In this document: positions 42,751-52,314 of the stretch, one piece after another
Numbering within the stretch: position 1 is the first letter of the stretch
How the letters are laid out: the number at the start of each line of letters is the position of its first letter
DNA from: Candidatus Kryptoniota bacterium
Lineage (GTDB): Bacteria > Bacteroidota > Ignavibacteria > Kryptoniales > JAKASW01
Length of the DNA: 53,945 nt
Direction: 5' to 3'
Assembly (NCBI GenBank): GCA_049278975.1
Contig: JBAPNE010000059.1
Location: 1-53,945, forward strand
Program-made: the position numbers and the translations under genes
Notes under the pieces: generated by a model
The model's input: the letters and a program-made list of their open reading frames with translations, nothing else
The model's database searches: none
What the model was told of the DNA's origin: nothing

Positions 42751-43621
42751 TCTGGGTAATAATCACTCCGCCTATTGTAACGAGTGCACCAAACGCAAAT
42801 GTTAATGTAATGCCTTGTTTCAAAAAAATGTAAGCGAGGATCGCTGTAATTACCGGCTGGCCATTAGTAAACACCGCTACTTTGCTTGCCTCGATCTTGC
42901 TCAAGGCATAGTACCACAGCACGTAACCCGCTATTGATGTGCCGAGTGCTAAGTAGAGAACTTCCATCCATTGCCCGCTCGATAATGAAGTGTATTTATA
43001 TCCGATGGATGACCATATTCCGATGGGCGCGAACATAACCGTTCCAATCAGGGCAGTAAATACCGTACTGTTGATCGCTCCATGTCTTATAACCAATTTC
43101 CTTCCGAGTGTTGTGTAAACAGCCCACGCCATTACCGCCATGAAAATGAATGCGTCTCCTTTTATGTGCGACATTCCAATTTGAAATCCATTTCCCCCGA
43201 TGGACCCTTTCGACAAGACTATTACTGCCACACCGGCGAACGCCATGATCGTTCCCATTGTCTTTCCCATCGTGATTTTTTCATTCAAGTAAGTTCTCGA
43301 TAGGAGCATTACAAAAATCGGTGTGAGCGCATAAAGGAGGGCAGCTTCAGTCGCCGTTGTAAATTTTATTCCGTAAAGAAAGCCGAATTGATTTAGCGAA
43401 ACGGAAACAAGACTTAAAAATAGAAGAAGTTTCAGGTCGCGTCCCTTGTACCTGAAGGGCAACTCCGCATAAAACATGTAGAGAACATAGACGACGCCGG
43501 AGATCAACGTCCTTAAGAATGTAAGGTTCGCGGGCGGGATCGTTTGAGTTGCATCGTTTGCAATGATGTAATTACAGCCGGAAAGGAGAAGCTGGATGAC
43601 TAGAATTATGTACGGATTCAT
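42722..43621 (-). CDS. DMT-superfamily (EamA-like) transporter
   Basis: About 10 TM helices in two EamA-like halves. Its 3' end overlaps the convergent GH13 gene by 29 nt. Confidence 0.8.
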   Translation of the reverse strand: MNPYIILVIQLLLSGCNYIIANDATQTIPPANLTFLRTLISGVVYVLYMFYAELPFRYKGRDLKLLLFLSLVSVSLNQFGFLYGIKFTTATEAALLYALTPIFVMLLSRTYLNEKITMGKTMGTIMAFAGVAVIVLSKGSIGGNGFQIGMSHIKGDAFIFMAVMAWAVYTTLGRKLVIRHGAINSTVFTALIGTVMFAPIGIWSSIGYKYTSLSSGQWMEVLYLALGTSIAGYVLWYYALSKIEASKVAVFTNGQPVITAILAYIFLKQGITLTFAFGALVTIGGVIITQINSRVRHPG

Positions 43622-43640
43622 GGTGAGCTTGTCGAAGCAA

Positions 43641-45041
43641 TCACCGGAAATTTTCTATAATTCCGGAAAGAGTATCCATCTTGAAGCCGCTATCTATCGC
43701 ATCAGTCAATAGCCGCTCATAAATTTTCTTGTAGCCCGGGAAATCAATAGGATCGGCGAGGGAATTGTGGAAAAGAACCGATGCCGCTCCGTGCGCAGGT
43801 TTCGTTTCATCAATCAGGGTCTTCATCTTGTCAATGGTTTGGTCCGTGGTCAGGTTTCGATTATTTGCGAACGTGTCGTCCATGATGAGAAGTGGTAATT
43901 CCGTCACGGTTGAAATTCTGTCTTGTTTGAAATTATATAAAGGGAAGGGAAAGGCGACACTGTTTCGGAAACCTGCTTTACGTGAAAAGCCGAGAGTGCT
44001 ATCGTATTTCATGGCGGCATTTTCCCAAACGCCAACGGTTTTACCGGCAGTGAATTTCAGATAATGCTGGCGAACGGAATTGATTTCTCTTCCAATAACT
44101 TTTTCAAGTCTTGTCTTTTCAGTAATGAATTGTTTGTCATCAAGATAGGTATTCATACTCGGATGGATGCCAATCTCGAACCCGAGGCCAATCAAAGAAT
44201 CGACAAAATTTTTCATCGATCGTGAGCGATAATTGTAATTCATGTCCTGCTTTGCGGTTGAGCCGGTTTTTATAAAAAATGTTGACTTGAGTTCGCTCTG
44301 AGTTTCTATGCTTCTCAAGAATTTTAATCCGTATTTTGGAGGATTATATCCCGCAATTGCGAGAAACGGATAGAGAAGTTTCATGGCACGTTCATTCGGG
44401 GTAAGGTCGCCGTTGTTGAGAATTGCATGGCCGAAGACATTCCTCCTTATCATCTTCAGATTGAGCGAGCTGGTATAATCGACATCGTGGGTCAGGGCCA
44501 ATCCATGATCGGCACCATCATATTGTTTCAGTCCGATCTTGACGTTGAAGAAATCCTCTAGTTTCTTTTTCAGCAACATGGAGTAATAATTGACGACCGG
44601 GAAATCTAAGACGCCGAGCTTGTCCTGCAATGAATCCATGGCGCGGAGTCTGTCGAACTCGTCTCTTTCAAGGCTGACTAAATCCTGGAATTCAGATGCG
44701 AGCATGAATGTCGCCGCGGCGATATCAAAATCGAAAACGGCGCCGGAAATCGGAAATAACTTCGGTAGTTTTTTGCCGGCAAAATCAAACCAGCTAAGAT
44801 GTGAAATATCGGGAAGTCTTGAATCTGTAATGCAATCTTCAAACTCACTTGATGGATTCAAGCAAAGGGCTTTTCCCTTACCAAACAATGGACCGTCCCC
44901 GTAAGCGATGTTAATCGCATTTTCCAGAAATTCATCGGAAAAAATAATTTCCGCCCGAAGGGGTTGAAACAGGAGATTGAAACCGTACTTTATTTTTTGC
45001 CTGAGACGTTCACCGGCCTTGACGACGATATTGATTCTCAT
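43641..45041 (-). CDS. Hypothetical protein, possibly a divergent polysaccharide-deacetylase-like hydrolase
   Basis: LALTHDVDY, FEIGIHPS and VRQHYLKF are spaced like metal-binding motifs of deacetylase-like folds, but this is a weak call made by eye. There is a 4-nt overlap with the upstream gene. Confidence 0.4.
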   Translation of the reverse strand: MRINIVVKAGERLRQKIKYGFNLLFQPLRAEIIFSDEFLENAINIAYGDGPLFGKGKALCLNPSSEFEDCITDSRLPDISHLSWFDFAGKKLPKLFPISGAVFDFDIAAATFMLASEFQDLVSLERDEFDRLRAMDSLQDKLGVLDFPVVNYYSMLLKKKLEDFFNVKIGLKQYDGADHGLALTHDVDYTSSLNLKMIRRNVFGHAILNNGDLTPNERAMKLLYPFLAIAGYNPPKYGLKFLRSIETQSELKSTFFIKTGSTAKQDMNYNYRSRSMKNFVDSLIGLGFEIGIHPSMNTYLDDKQFITEKTRLEKVIGREINSVRQHYLKFTAGKTVGVWENAAMKYDSTLGFSRKAGFRNSVAFPFPLYNFKQDRISTVTELPLLIMDDTFANNRNLTTDQTIDKMKTLIDETKPAHGAASVLFHNSLADPIDFPGYKKIYERLLTDAIDSGFKMDTLSGIIENFR

Positions 45042-46204
45042 GCAAAGAAAAGTTTCATCACGTCAATAATTAGCGTCGGATGTTTTATAACTGCCTGCTT
45101 AAAAAGGTTGCCGAGAGTTTGCTGGGTTTCCGGCAGCTTGGTGATCTCATCGGCTATCGAATTGAGGTCGTTGTCTTTGAATTTGTAGATCACTTTTTTG
45201 ATTTTATAATATCGATCATGACGGCTGCCAAGTGAGTCCTTCCACTCCTTCTCGTAGTGTGCCATCAAGCTCATCTCATTTTGCCTGACAATTTCTGCGG
45301 CGACCATCCCGGCAATTTTCCCACCTATCATTCCGCTAATTATTCCACCGCCGGAAACAGGATTAACCTGGTGCGCCGCATCTCCGACCAGCATCAGTCC
45401 GGGCAGTGTCATTTTCTCGAGTGATTCCGCGCAAGGAACCCCGCCTGCAAGTTTTGTGAGGATAGAAGCCTCAGGAAAAGTTTCTTGCATGAACTCATCA
45501 AGAAATCTTAGTGCGTGCTTTTTCTTGCTCTCGTCCGCCGCGACGCCAAGTCCGATGTTTGCCGTCTTGTTTCCTTTCGGAAAGATCCATAAATATCCTC
45601 CAGGTGCGTATTTCTGTCCGAAATAGAAATAGCATGTGTCATCTTCGACGTCGATATTTGCTGCTGTGACCTGTGCCGCTGATTCCATGTCGTGCATCGA
45701 GACGGTCGTGTCTATTCCCGCCCATCTTCCGACTCTCGATTCGACGCCGTCCGCACCGATTACAATTTTGCTTTTGATTGTAAGCCGTTCGCCGTGATAT
45801 TGAACAGAAATGCCGGTCACTGTGCCATCATCTCTAGTGACTCCATCGACATAGGCTTTTGTAACTACTTCCGCACCTTCGTCTGCGGCAATCCGTGCTA
45901 ATTCATAATCGAAAACTTTTCTATCTAAGACATAGCCGACGCCTTCGATATTCGGTTTGACGACTTTTCCGTTCGGCGCAACCAATTTAAAATTCCTAAT
46001 TTCTGCCGCAACAAATTTTTTGTTAGGCTGGAGAAACTGCACAAGTCCTTCATGATCGACAGCCTCGCCGCAACGAACCGGCACGCCGACTTCCCGGTCC
46101 TTTTCCAGCACCAGAACTTTTGCTCCTCCGTTTGCAGCAAATCGCGCTGCGGTGGCGCCGGCGGGGCCTGCGCCGACCACGATGACATCGTAAGAATCTT
46201 TCAT
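45038..46204 (-). CDS. FAD-dependent geranylgeranyl-reductase-family oxidoreductase
   Basis: YDVIVVGAGPAGATAARFAANGGAKVLVLEK dinucleotide fold, RCGE, and LVGDAAHQVNPVSGGGI, which is typical of GGR/BchP/ChlP-like enzymes. Confidence 0.8.
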   Translation of the reverse strand: MKDSYDVIVVGAGPAGATAARFAANGGAKVLVLEKDREVGVPVRCGEAVDHEGLVQFLQPNKKFVAAEIRNFKLVAPNGKVVKPNIEGVGYVLDRKVFDYELARIAADEGAEVVTKAYVDGVTRDDGTVTGISVQYHGERLTIKSKIVIGADGVESRVGRWAGIDTTVSMHDMESAAQVTAANIDVEDDTCYFYFGQKYAPGGYLWIFPKGNKTANIGLGVAADESKKKHALRFLDEFMQETFPEASILTKLAGGVPCAESLEKMTLPGLMLVGDAAHQVNPVSGGGIISGMIGGKIAGMVAAEIVRQNEMSLMAHYEKEWKDSLGSRHDRYYKIKKVIYKFKDNDLNSIADEITKLPETQQTLGNLFKQAVIKHPTLIIDVMKLFFA

Positions 46205-46431
46205 GCAACAACTCCTGTACGCGGGATCTCAGACTTTCCAGCGAGGTGTTCCATCTTATCGCGTTTGAACTCGAACACTTCAAAGGGGCAAGCCCACTCG
46301 CATTTTCGGCAGTTTGTGCAGATTTCGTGGATGATCGAAATCCGGTTCTCGGTCAAATCGATGCAGTTCTCCGGGCAAACACCAACACAGCAGCCGCATA
46401 AGTCGCATTTATCTTCAAGTATCTCGATCAT
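46201..46431 (-). CDS. 2x[4Fe-4S] ferredoxin (76 aa)
   Basis: CDLCGCCVGVCP and CTNCRKCEWACP. There is a 4-nt overlap with the reductase gene. Confidence 0.8.
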   Translation of the reverse strand: MIEILEDKCDLCGCCVGVCPENCIDLTENRISIIHEICTNCRKCEWACPFEVFEFKRDKMEHLAGKSEIPRTGVVA

Positions 46432-46472
46432 TTCCTATCTCTTAGTTGTTAGCTTTGAGCCATGAGCCGCAG

Positions 46473-48335
46473 CTATCGCGCTTCCTGTGAATTTTTCAAA
46501 GCCTGAAAATATTGTTCGAACAGGTTTTTATCTCTTGTTTCGGAGAGAAAGTTTTTTCTGTTCACACATTCTCGGTATTGCAAGTCGAGATCATCGGTAG
46601 AGATTCCTTTTCTTTCCGCATCTAATGTCCTCACGTTTAAGATCTTCATCTTTTGTTCGATCTGTTCGACTTCAAATGAAATCAAAAGCTGTGAAATCCA
46701 CTTGAGATAATCCGGCGTTTCGCTTCCGGGCCGGATATCTTCCCATCCTTTGCTCCTTTGCGGAGTTGCGAACGATAATTCCGCAAAAATCTTTCTAACA
46801 TTTTCATTTGATAAGTCATCGATGATTGCCGACAATTCATTACCGGAGAGTCTTGTTTGTAAAATTTTTTGAATGATCTCTTTGCTAATCGGATTCTGAA
46901 TATCGAGCCTGTCAATTTGATTTGCGATAACCTCCAAAAGCGATTGGTCCACATTAACCAAAATGCTGACTAGGTTACGATCTGTCGTCGATAGCTCGTA
47001 ATAAATAGCGGGTGGTTGGGAGTTGATATTTGATTGACGAGAGCCGGCCGCATGCTTCTTCTTTTTCAACTCTTGATAAATTGCTTCTTCTTGCAGCCCA
47101 AATTTATCGGCAAGGTCCTTCACATATAGATTCACTTTGATGGCATCGCTAATTTTTGACAACGACTCGACTATAGATTGAATGATGGTGATCTGGTTGC
47201 GCGGTGCGTCGCTCCGTCTCTGGAGAAGGGAAGCTTTGAACTCGACCATGTTCATCGCATCATGGAGCAGTCGCATAAACTCTTCACTGCCTTGAGACAG
47301 GACGAATGTATCGGGATCTTCGCCTGCGGGGAGCTCTACGATAAAAACGTTCATTCCTTGTTCGAGAAGAATGTCGGCTCCGCGCAGCGTCGCGTCTTGT
47401 CCTGCCGTGTCCGCATCGTAAACCAAATAGACATTTTGTGTGTAACGCGAGATATATTGGATTTGCTCGACTGTCAGCGCCGTCCCGCTCGACGCAACGA
47501 CATTTTTTATTCCTGCTTGATGAAGTGCGATAAGGTCAGCGTATCCTTCGACAAGTACCGCCGAGTCTTTCTCGATAATCGCATCTTTCGCATGATAAAT
47601 TCCGAAGAGAGTTTTTCCTTTTATGTATGCCGCAGTCTCCGGTGAATTAATATATTTTGCTTTCTCATCTTGTTTCAGTGTTCGACCGCCGAATGCAATT
47701 ATTCTTCCACTCGGCGATTGGACGGGGAACATAACGCGCGCTCGGAACCTATCGTAATATCCCGTTCCATCTTGTCGCTTGAGAATCAATCCGGACTTTT
47801 CCATAACCTTTTCGTCGACTCCTTTTTTCCTGAGATAATTCAGGAGTCCATCCCATCTGTCGAGTGCATAACCAAGCATGAATTTTTCAATAGTCTCCTC
47901 GGTAAACTGTCTTTTTTCCCGCAAGTAGGATATTGCATCGTTACCTTCGTCGGAATGAAGCATATCCCGGTAATACTTGTTTGCCTTTTCATTTATGTCG
48001 AGAACTTCATCGACTTCACTTTGCTTCTCATTGTTGTAAGATGGAAGCGAAATATTTGCGCGAGCAGCAAGCTGTCTGAGTGCTTCACCGAAAGAGATTT
48101 TTTCGTACTGTGTCAAGAACGTAAAAACGTTTCCACCGACGCCGCAGCCGAAACAGTGGTACAAGCCTTTTTCGCGATTCACGGTAAACGATGGGGTTTT
48201 CTCCGTGTGAAACGGACAAAGCCCAAGATAATTCTTCCCGCGTTTTTGCAGGCGAACATACTGCGAAATGACATCCACGATGTCTGTTGCTTGCCTAACT
48301 TCTTCTACGACGCTGTCGGAATTAAACTTTGCCAT
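46473..48335 (-). CDS. dnaG: DNA primase
   Basis: Zinc finger CPFHTEKTPSFTVNREKGLYHCFGCGVGG. TOPRIM motifs VEGYADLIALHQAG and YDADTAGQ. Confidence 0.92.
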   Translation of the reverse strand: MAKFNSDSVVEEVRQATDIVDVISQYVRLQKRGKNYLGLCPFHTEKTPSFTVNREKGLYHCFGCGVGGNVFTFLTQYEKISFGEALRQLAARANISLPSYNNEKQSEVDEVLDINEKANKYYRDMLHSDEGNDAISYLREKRQFTEETIEKFMLGYALDRWDGLLNYLRKKGVDEKVMEKSGLILKRQDGTGYYDRFRARVMFPVQSPSGRIIAFGGRTLKQDEKAKYINSPETAAYIKGKTLFGIYHAKDAIIEKDSAVLVEGYADLIALHQAGIKNVVASSGTALTVEQIQYISRYTQNVYLVYDADTAGQDATLRGADILLEQGMNVFIVELPAGEDPDTFVLSQGSEEFMRLLHDAMNMVEFKASLLQRRSDAPRNQITIIQSIVESLSKISDAIKVNLYVKDLADKFGLQEEAIYQELKKKKHAAGSRQSNINSQPPAIYYELSTTDRNLVSILVNVDQSLLEVIANQIDRLDIQNPISKEIIQKILQTRLSGNELSAIIDDLSNENVRKIFAELSFATPQRSKGWEDIRPGSETPDYLKWISQLLISFEVEQIEQKMKILNVRTLDAERKGISTDDLDLQYRECVNRKNFLSETRDKNLFEQYFQALKNSQEAR

Positions 48336-48361
48336 TTTCTAAGTGACTAATGAAAAATTAA

Positions 48362-48413
48362 AAGTGAAAAGTTAATTACCTTTTTCCCATTGCTCACTAT
48401 TAACTTTTCACTT
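48362..48413. promoter_or_regulatory. 15-bp perfect inverted repeat in the divergent dnaG / DUF2064-like intergenic region
   Basis: AAGTGAAAAGTTAAT (48362-48376), 22 nt, then ATTAACTTTTCACTT (48399-48413). Confidence 0.35.
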
Positions 48414-48523
48414 GATAAAACATAATCAAGAGCAGGGTGAGATTCAACTTTCGGAATCGGCTATAAAAAATGATTCTCCAGCTTTCTTGAATATTATTCG
48501 CATGGGTGATAACTTTTTACGAC

Positions 48524-49219
48524 ATGATAGAAAGATCACTATTAGTTATTTCGCGGACGCCGCTTCCGAAGGAGGTTGGTGCTAATCTTGTACCACCGTT
48601 GACTCACGAGGAAGCTGCTGAGTTTCACGCTTCGCTTCTTTATGATATCGTGGAACGTGCTGCGCTTCAGTTGCATCTCCAGCCTTACGTGTATTTCGAC
48701 CCGGCCGATGCTCGTCCCGATTTCGAGCACATTTTCCGGCATGCCGGATTTGAATACAAACTGAAGCCTGCAATCGGAGGCAAGCTTTCGATTAAAATTG
48801 CTAATGCGGTTGAAAATATTTTTTCGGATGGCGTAAAAAAACTTGTCTATTTAGATCTCGATGCGGCGCTCATGTCGTCGGAGGCAATAAAACAAGTTTA
48901 CGAGTTGATGAGTCTCGACGATGACGTTGTCGTCCTTGCGCCTGACTATGTGGACCAGCTATGTCTTGTCGGTTTGAAAAAACCGCACACGCAGATTTTC
49001 GACGCACTTAATGCGAAGGATCAGTTTGAGGTTGCGATGAAAATTTCCTCTCCGCTTTCAACGATGATGTTCACATTAGATAGGATTCATTGCATTAGAG
49101 ATATGTCCGGTCTGAGAAAACTTTACAAAGCCTTCGTGGAAAATGGCCAGGTGATTGAGCATGCTCATCGCACAACCGGCTTCTTGAACGGTTTGAAAGG
49201 GAAGTACGGCTCACTTTAA
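48524..49219 (+). CDS. DUF2064-like (glycosyltransferase-fold) protein
   Basis: LLVISRTPLPKEVGANLVPPLTHEEAAEFHASLLYDIV resembles the DUF2064/TIGR04282 N-terminal pattern. I chose the ATG start at 48524; the ORF track starts at 48506. Confidence 0.45.
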   Translation: MIERSLLVISRTPLPKEVGANLVPPLTHEEAAEFHASLLYDIVERAALQLHLQPYVYFDPADARPDFEHIFRHAGFEYKLKPAIGGKLSIKIANAVENIFSDGVKKLVYLDLDAALMSSEAIKQVYELMSLDDDVVVLAPDYVDQLCLVGLKKPHTQIFDALNAKDQFEVAMKISSPLSTMMFTLDRIHCIRDMSGLRKLYKAFVENGQVIEHAHRTTGFLNGLKGKYGSL

Positions 49220-49815
49220 TGTCTGAAATGCCTTCTGAAAAGGTTGGCATTTTCGGCGGCACGTTTAACCCGCCTCATGTTGCGCATCTTGTGGCCGCCG
49301 AGAATGTATGCGATCATTTAAAGTTAGATCGGGTGCTTTTTGTTCCGGCTGCGATTCCCCCTCACAAGTTGAATGAAAAAATAATTTCTGCAGAACTTCG
49401 TCTCCAAATGGTTAAACTCTCGATAAGAGACAATTCGAAGTTTGAAGTTTGTGACATCGAGCTTCGGAGGAGCGGCCCGTCTTACTCGATCGATACTATT
49501 GTTGAATTGAAAGGGAAATTTCCTGGCGATGATTTCTTTTTCATAATGGGAATAGATCTCCTCACTGATTTCTATTCGTGGAAAAATCCCGACAAAATCT
49601 TGAACGAATGCAACGTCGTGGTGATGGACCGGCCTGGTTTTGCTCTTGCGTCTGTTGACAAAGAATTACTTCGACGAGTCGAGGTAGTGAATGTTCCAAG
49701 CATGGATATATCCTCCTCTGATATTCGCAGACGCGTGAAGTCCGGCAAGTCTATTAAATTTCTGGTCCCACCGGCTGTCGAAGATTATATTTATGCTAAC
49801 TCCATTTATCGTTGA
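49219..49815 (+). CDS. nadD: Nicotinate-nucleotide adenylyltransferase
   Basis: GIFGGTFNPPHVAHL (the (H/T)xGH-type motif) and a C-terminal ISSSDIRRRV. The start overlaps the upstream stop by 1 nt. Confidence 0.88.
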   Translation: MSEMPSEKVGIFGGTFNPPHVAHLVAAENVCDHLKLDRVLFVPAAIPPHKLNEKIISAELRLQMVKLSIRDNSKFEVCDIELRRSGPSYSIDTIVELKGKFPGDDFFFIMGIDLLTDFYSWKNPDKILNECNVVVMDRPGFALASVDKELLRRVEVVNVPSMDISSSDIRRRVKSGKSIKFLVPPAVEDYIYANSIYR

Positions 49816-49996
49816 GTAATTTTAGGAAGTAAGAAGCCATAGCCGCAGCGCTAAAGTCAAAACTTGAGTCAAGTTATTTTTGAGTTGTGGATTTCTGTTT
49901 CATCATCTCGATATCCGAACCGCAGGATTGGAAATACGTCGATGGAATTTTATATTACACATTGTAATTTAGCATAACTTTTAAATGGAGTATTAA

Positions 49997-51421
49997 ATGA
50001 AAAACTACAGAATACTGGCAATCATGGTTGCCGTTATTGCTGTCTCATTTGCGTTTGTCGGGTTCGAATGTTCATCTGCGGAGCTGACAAGCGCCAAGTT
50101 GTATTATAGCAAAAGTGAGTGGGATAAGGCAGAAGCCCAGCTTCAGAAAGATTTGAATAATAACCCTCAGGACGAGGAAGCATGGTATCTTTTAGGAAGA
50201 GTTAGGGCACAAAAGCAAAATTGGTCCGGAATGTTGGATGCTTTTCAACATGCATTAAAGATTTCCGATGTTGACAAAAAAGATATTGATGCAGTTACCG
50301 AGCATTATTGGGTGCAATTCTACACCGAGGGTGCCAAATATTTGCAATCAGGTAAGGATTCGAGTGATGCTTATGCGAAAGCAGTAATCGCGTTCAATAA
50401 CGCCATCCTTCTTGAGCCTGACAGTTTGATAAATTACAAAGGCATGGCCTACGCTTACCTGAACATGAATTACAACGACAGCGCGATAGGTCCGCTTAAC
50501 ATCCTATGGACAAAACAGAAGGACGAAGATGCCGCGAAGTTTCTGTCCGAGATTTATTTAGAGAACGGTCGGAAGCTGAAAAGCGATTTTCAAAATGACA
50601 ACGGCGGGAAATTAGATACGCTGAAGAATGTAAATTCGATTGAGCAAGGTGTGAGCGAAGAAGAAGTTAGTGCGACATTGGGTCAGCCCGATCAAAAGAA
50701 TTCCTTGCAGCCAACCAAGGCAAAAGTGAAAAAGAAAGCCGTAACCCAGAACGCTTCGTCGGATGTTTGGACATATAAGACTTACGGATTGACTCTTACT
50801 TTTGAAAGTGACAGGATAACGGAAAAGAAAGTCGATTTTGTTTATAACCCGCAAATCGATTCTTCGAAATATCAGTTGGCGATGGTGCAATTTGACAGTG
50901 CACTTAGCATTCTTGTTCCGGCGTCGAAGATATATCCGGAGGATCAGACGCTGATAACTCTTTTAACGAATACATACATTGCGGCCGAAAAGACACTGGA
51001 AGCTACCGACGCATTCAAAGTTGCCGCCGAAAAAAATCCGGATAACAAAGATTATCAGTACGATTATGGAGTGATTCTTCTTAAGGGAAATAGTTTTCAA
51101 GGAGCAATTGATCAGTTCACAAAAACTCTTAAGATTGATCCTCAGTATTGGAATGCCGTTTACAACTTGGGGGCCACCTACGTTAATTGGGGTGTTCAAA
51201 TTCAGGGTGTAGCTTCTCAAAGCAGTGATCCCGATTCGTTGCACAAAGCAGTGAGCGCTAAGTTTGAGCAGTCGATTCCATATTTAGAGAAATACTCGAC
51301 GTACAAAAATGATGATCCGAATCTTTGGGAGTTACTTGCAAAGGTTTATGCTTTCATGAATAACACTCAAAAAGCACAAGATGCGATTCAAAAATCAGAT
51401 TCTCTGAGACAGGTTCATTAA
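49997..51421 (+). CDS. TPR-repeat protein with a signal/lipoprotein-like N-terminus
   Basis: N-terminus MKNYRILAIMVAVIAVSFAFVGFEC. Several TPR-like helices are present (EAWYLLGRV..., YNLGATYVNWG...). Confidence 0.7.
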   Translation: MKNYRILAIMVAVIAVSFAFVGFECSSAELTSAKLYYSKSEWDKAEAQLQKDLNNNPQDEEAWYLLGRVRAQKQNWSGMLDAFQHALKISDVDKKDIDAVTEHYWVQFYTEGAKYLQSGKDSSDAYAKAVIAFNNAILLEPDSLINYKGMAYAYLNMNYNDSAIGPLNILWTKQKDEDAAKFLSEIYLENGRKLKSDFQNDNGGKLDTLKNVNSIEQGVSEEEVSATLGQPDQKNSLQPTKAKVKKKAVTQNASSDVWTYKTYGLTLTFESDRITEKKVDFVYNPQIDSSKYQLAMVQFDSALSILVPASKIYPEDQTLITLLTNTYIAAEKTLEATDAFKVAAEKNPDNKDYQYDYGVILLKGNSFQGAIDQFTKTLKIDPQYWNAVYNLGATYVNWGVQIQGVASQSSDPDSLHKAVSAKFEQSIPYLEKYSTYKNDDPNLWELLAKVYAFMNNTQKAQDAIQKSDSLRQVH

Positions 51422-51446
51422 AATATTCCTGCAAGTGTTGTGATAT

Positions 51447-51488
51447 GCCGCCATGCATGTTGGGTTTCAACTGTGTGGCGGTTTTTCT
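51447..51488 (+). terminator. Terminator candidate after the TPR gene
   Basis: GCCGCCA-N22-TGGCGG followed by TTTTTC. The loop is large, so this is only moderate support. Confidence 0.4.
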
Positions 51489-51691
51489 TTTAATTGTGTT
51501 CAAAAGCTAATTACCGTGAAGTAAGTTGTTGTAACAATCATGTCTAAACGCTATTCTTTTGCGGAAGTTTTTATAACGGTTTTGAGCCACCATAGAATTG
51601 AGCGCGATTGTGTGAGAAAGAAAGTGTTGATGATCCAAAACCAAAGAACAACTTTAACAATTTAGTGTCATTTAAGAATTCAGGAGAAGAA

Positions 51692-52006
51692 ATGCCAGAA
51701 GAAAAAAATGTTCCACAGCAAATTAACATCGAGCTTGGCGATAAGGAAGCGGAAGGAATTTACTCGAACCTCGCAATCATTTCTCATTCGCCGGCAGAGT
51801 TTATCATTGACTTCACTCGTCTTTTGCCGGGCGTGCCGAAAGCAAAAGTGTTTGCTAGAATTATAATGACACCGCAACATGCTAAGATGCTTCTCAGTGC
51901 CTTGCGGGAAAATGTTGAGAAGTACGAGCACAACTTTGGTGAGATAAAAGTATTCGCGGGCCCCGTGCCGAATGGACCGTTCGGATTTCAGCCGCCGGGA
52001 GCATGA
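51692..52006 (+). CDS. DUF3467-domain protein
   Basis: INIELGDKEAEGIYSNLAIISHSPAEFIIDFTRLLPG...ARIIMTPQHAKMLLSALRENVEKYE. An aggagaag RBS precedes the ATG at 51692; the ORF track starts at 51608. Confidence 0.7.
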   Translation: MPEEKNVPQQINIELGDKEAEGIYSNLAIISHSPAEFIIDFTRLLPGVPKAKVFARIIMTPQHAKMLLSALRENVEKYEHNFGEIKVFAGPVPNGPFGFQPPGA

Positions 52007-52314
52007 GAATAGTAGGTGATCAGCAATAAGTAAGTATGTGGTAAGCAGTGGATGACTGTCTATAGTCAGTCGTGTAAATTTAAAATTGGCGGGCAAAAGT
52101 AGCGGGTAAAGTCTTACGGCGTTCTTCCGATATAACAATATCGAGTAAATTAAAATCGGCGGCGGAGAGTTATGTGTTTTTCGGTGCTTGTTACTTGTTG
52201 TTGAATTCTAATCGCTGTGACTAAGATCAATTTCTTTTTGATCAGGCTTGGTTATGTTGAAGTGGAAGTGCAGGAGGAGGTTGGCAATTCACATTTTAAT
52301 GGAAGGAGATATTA

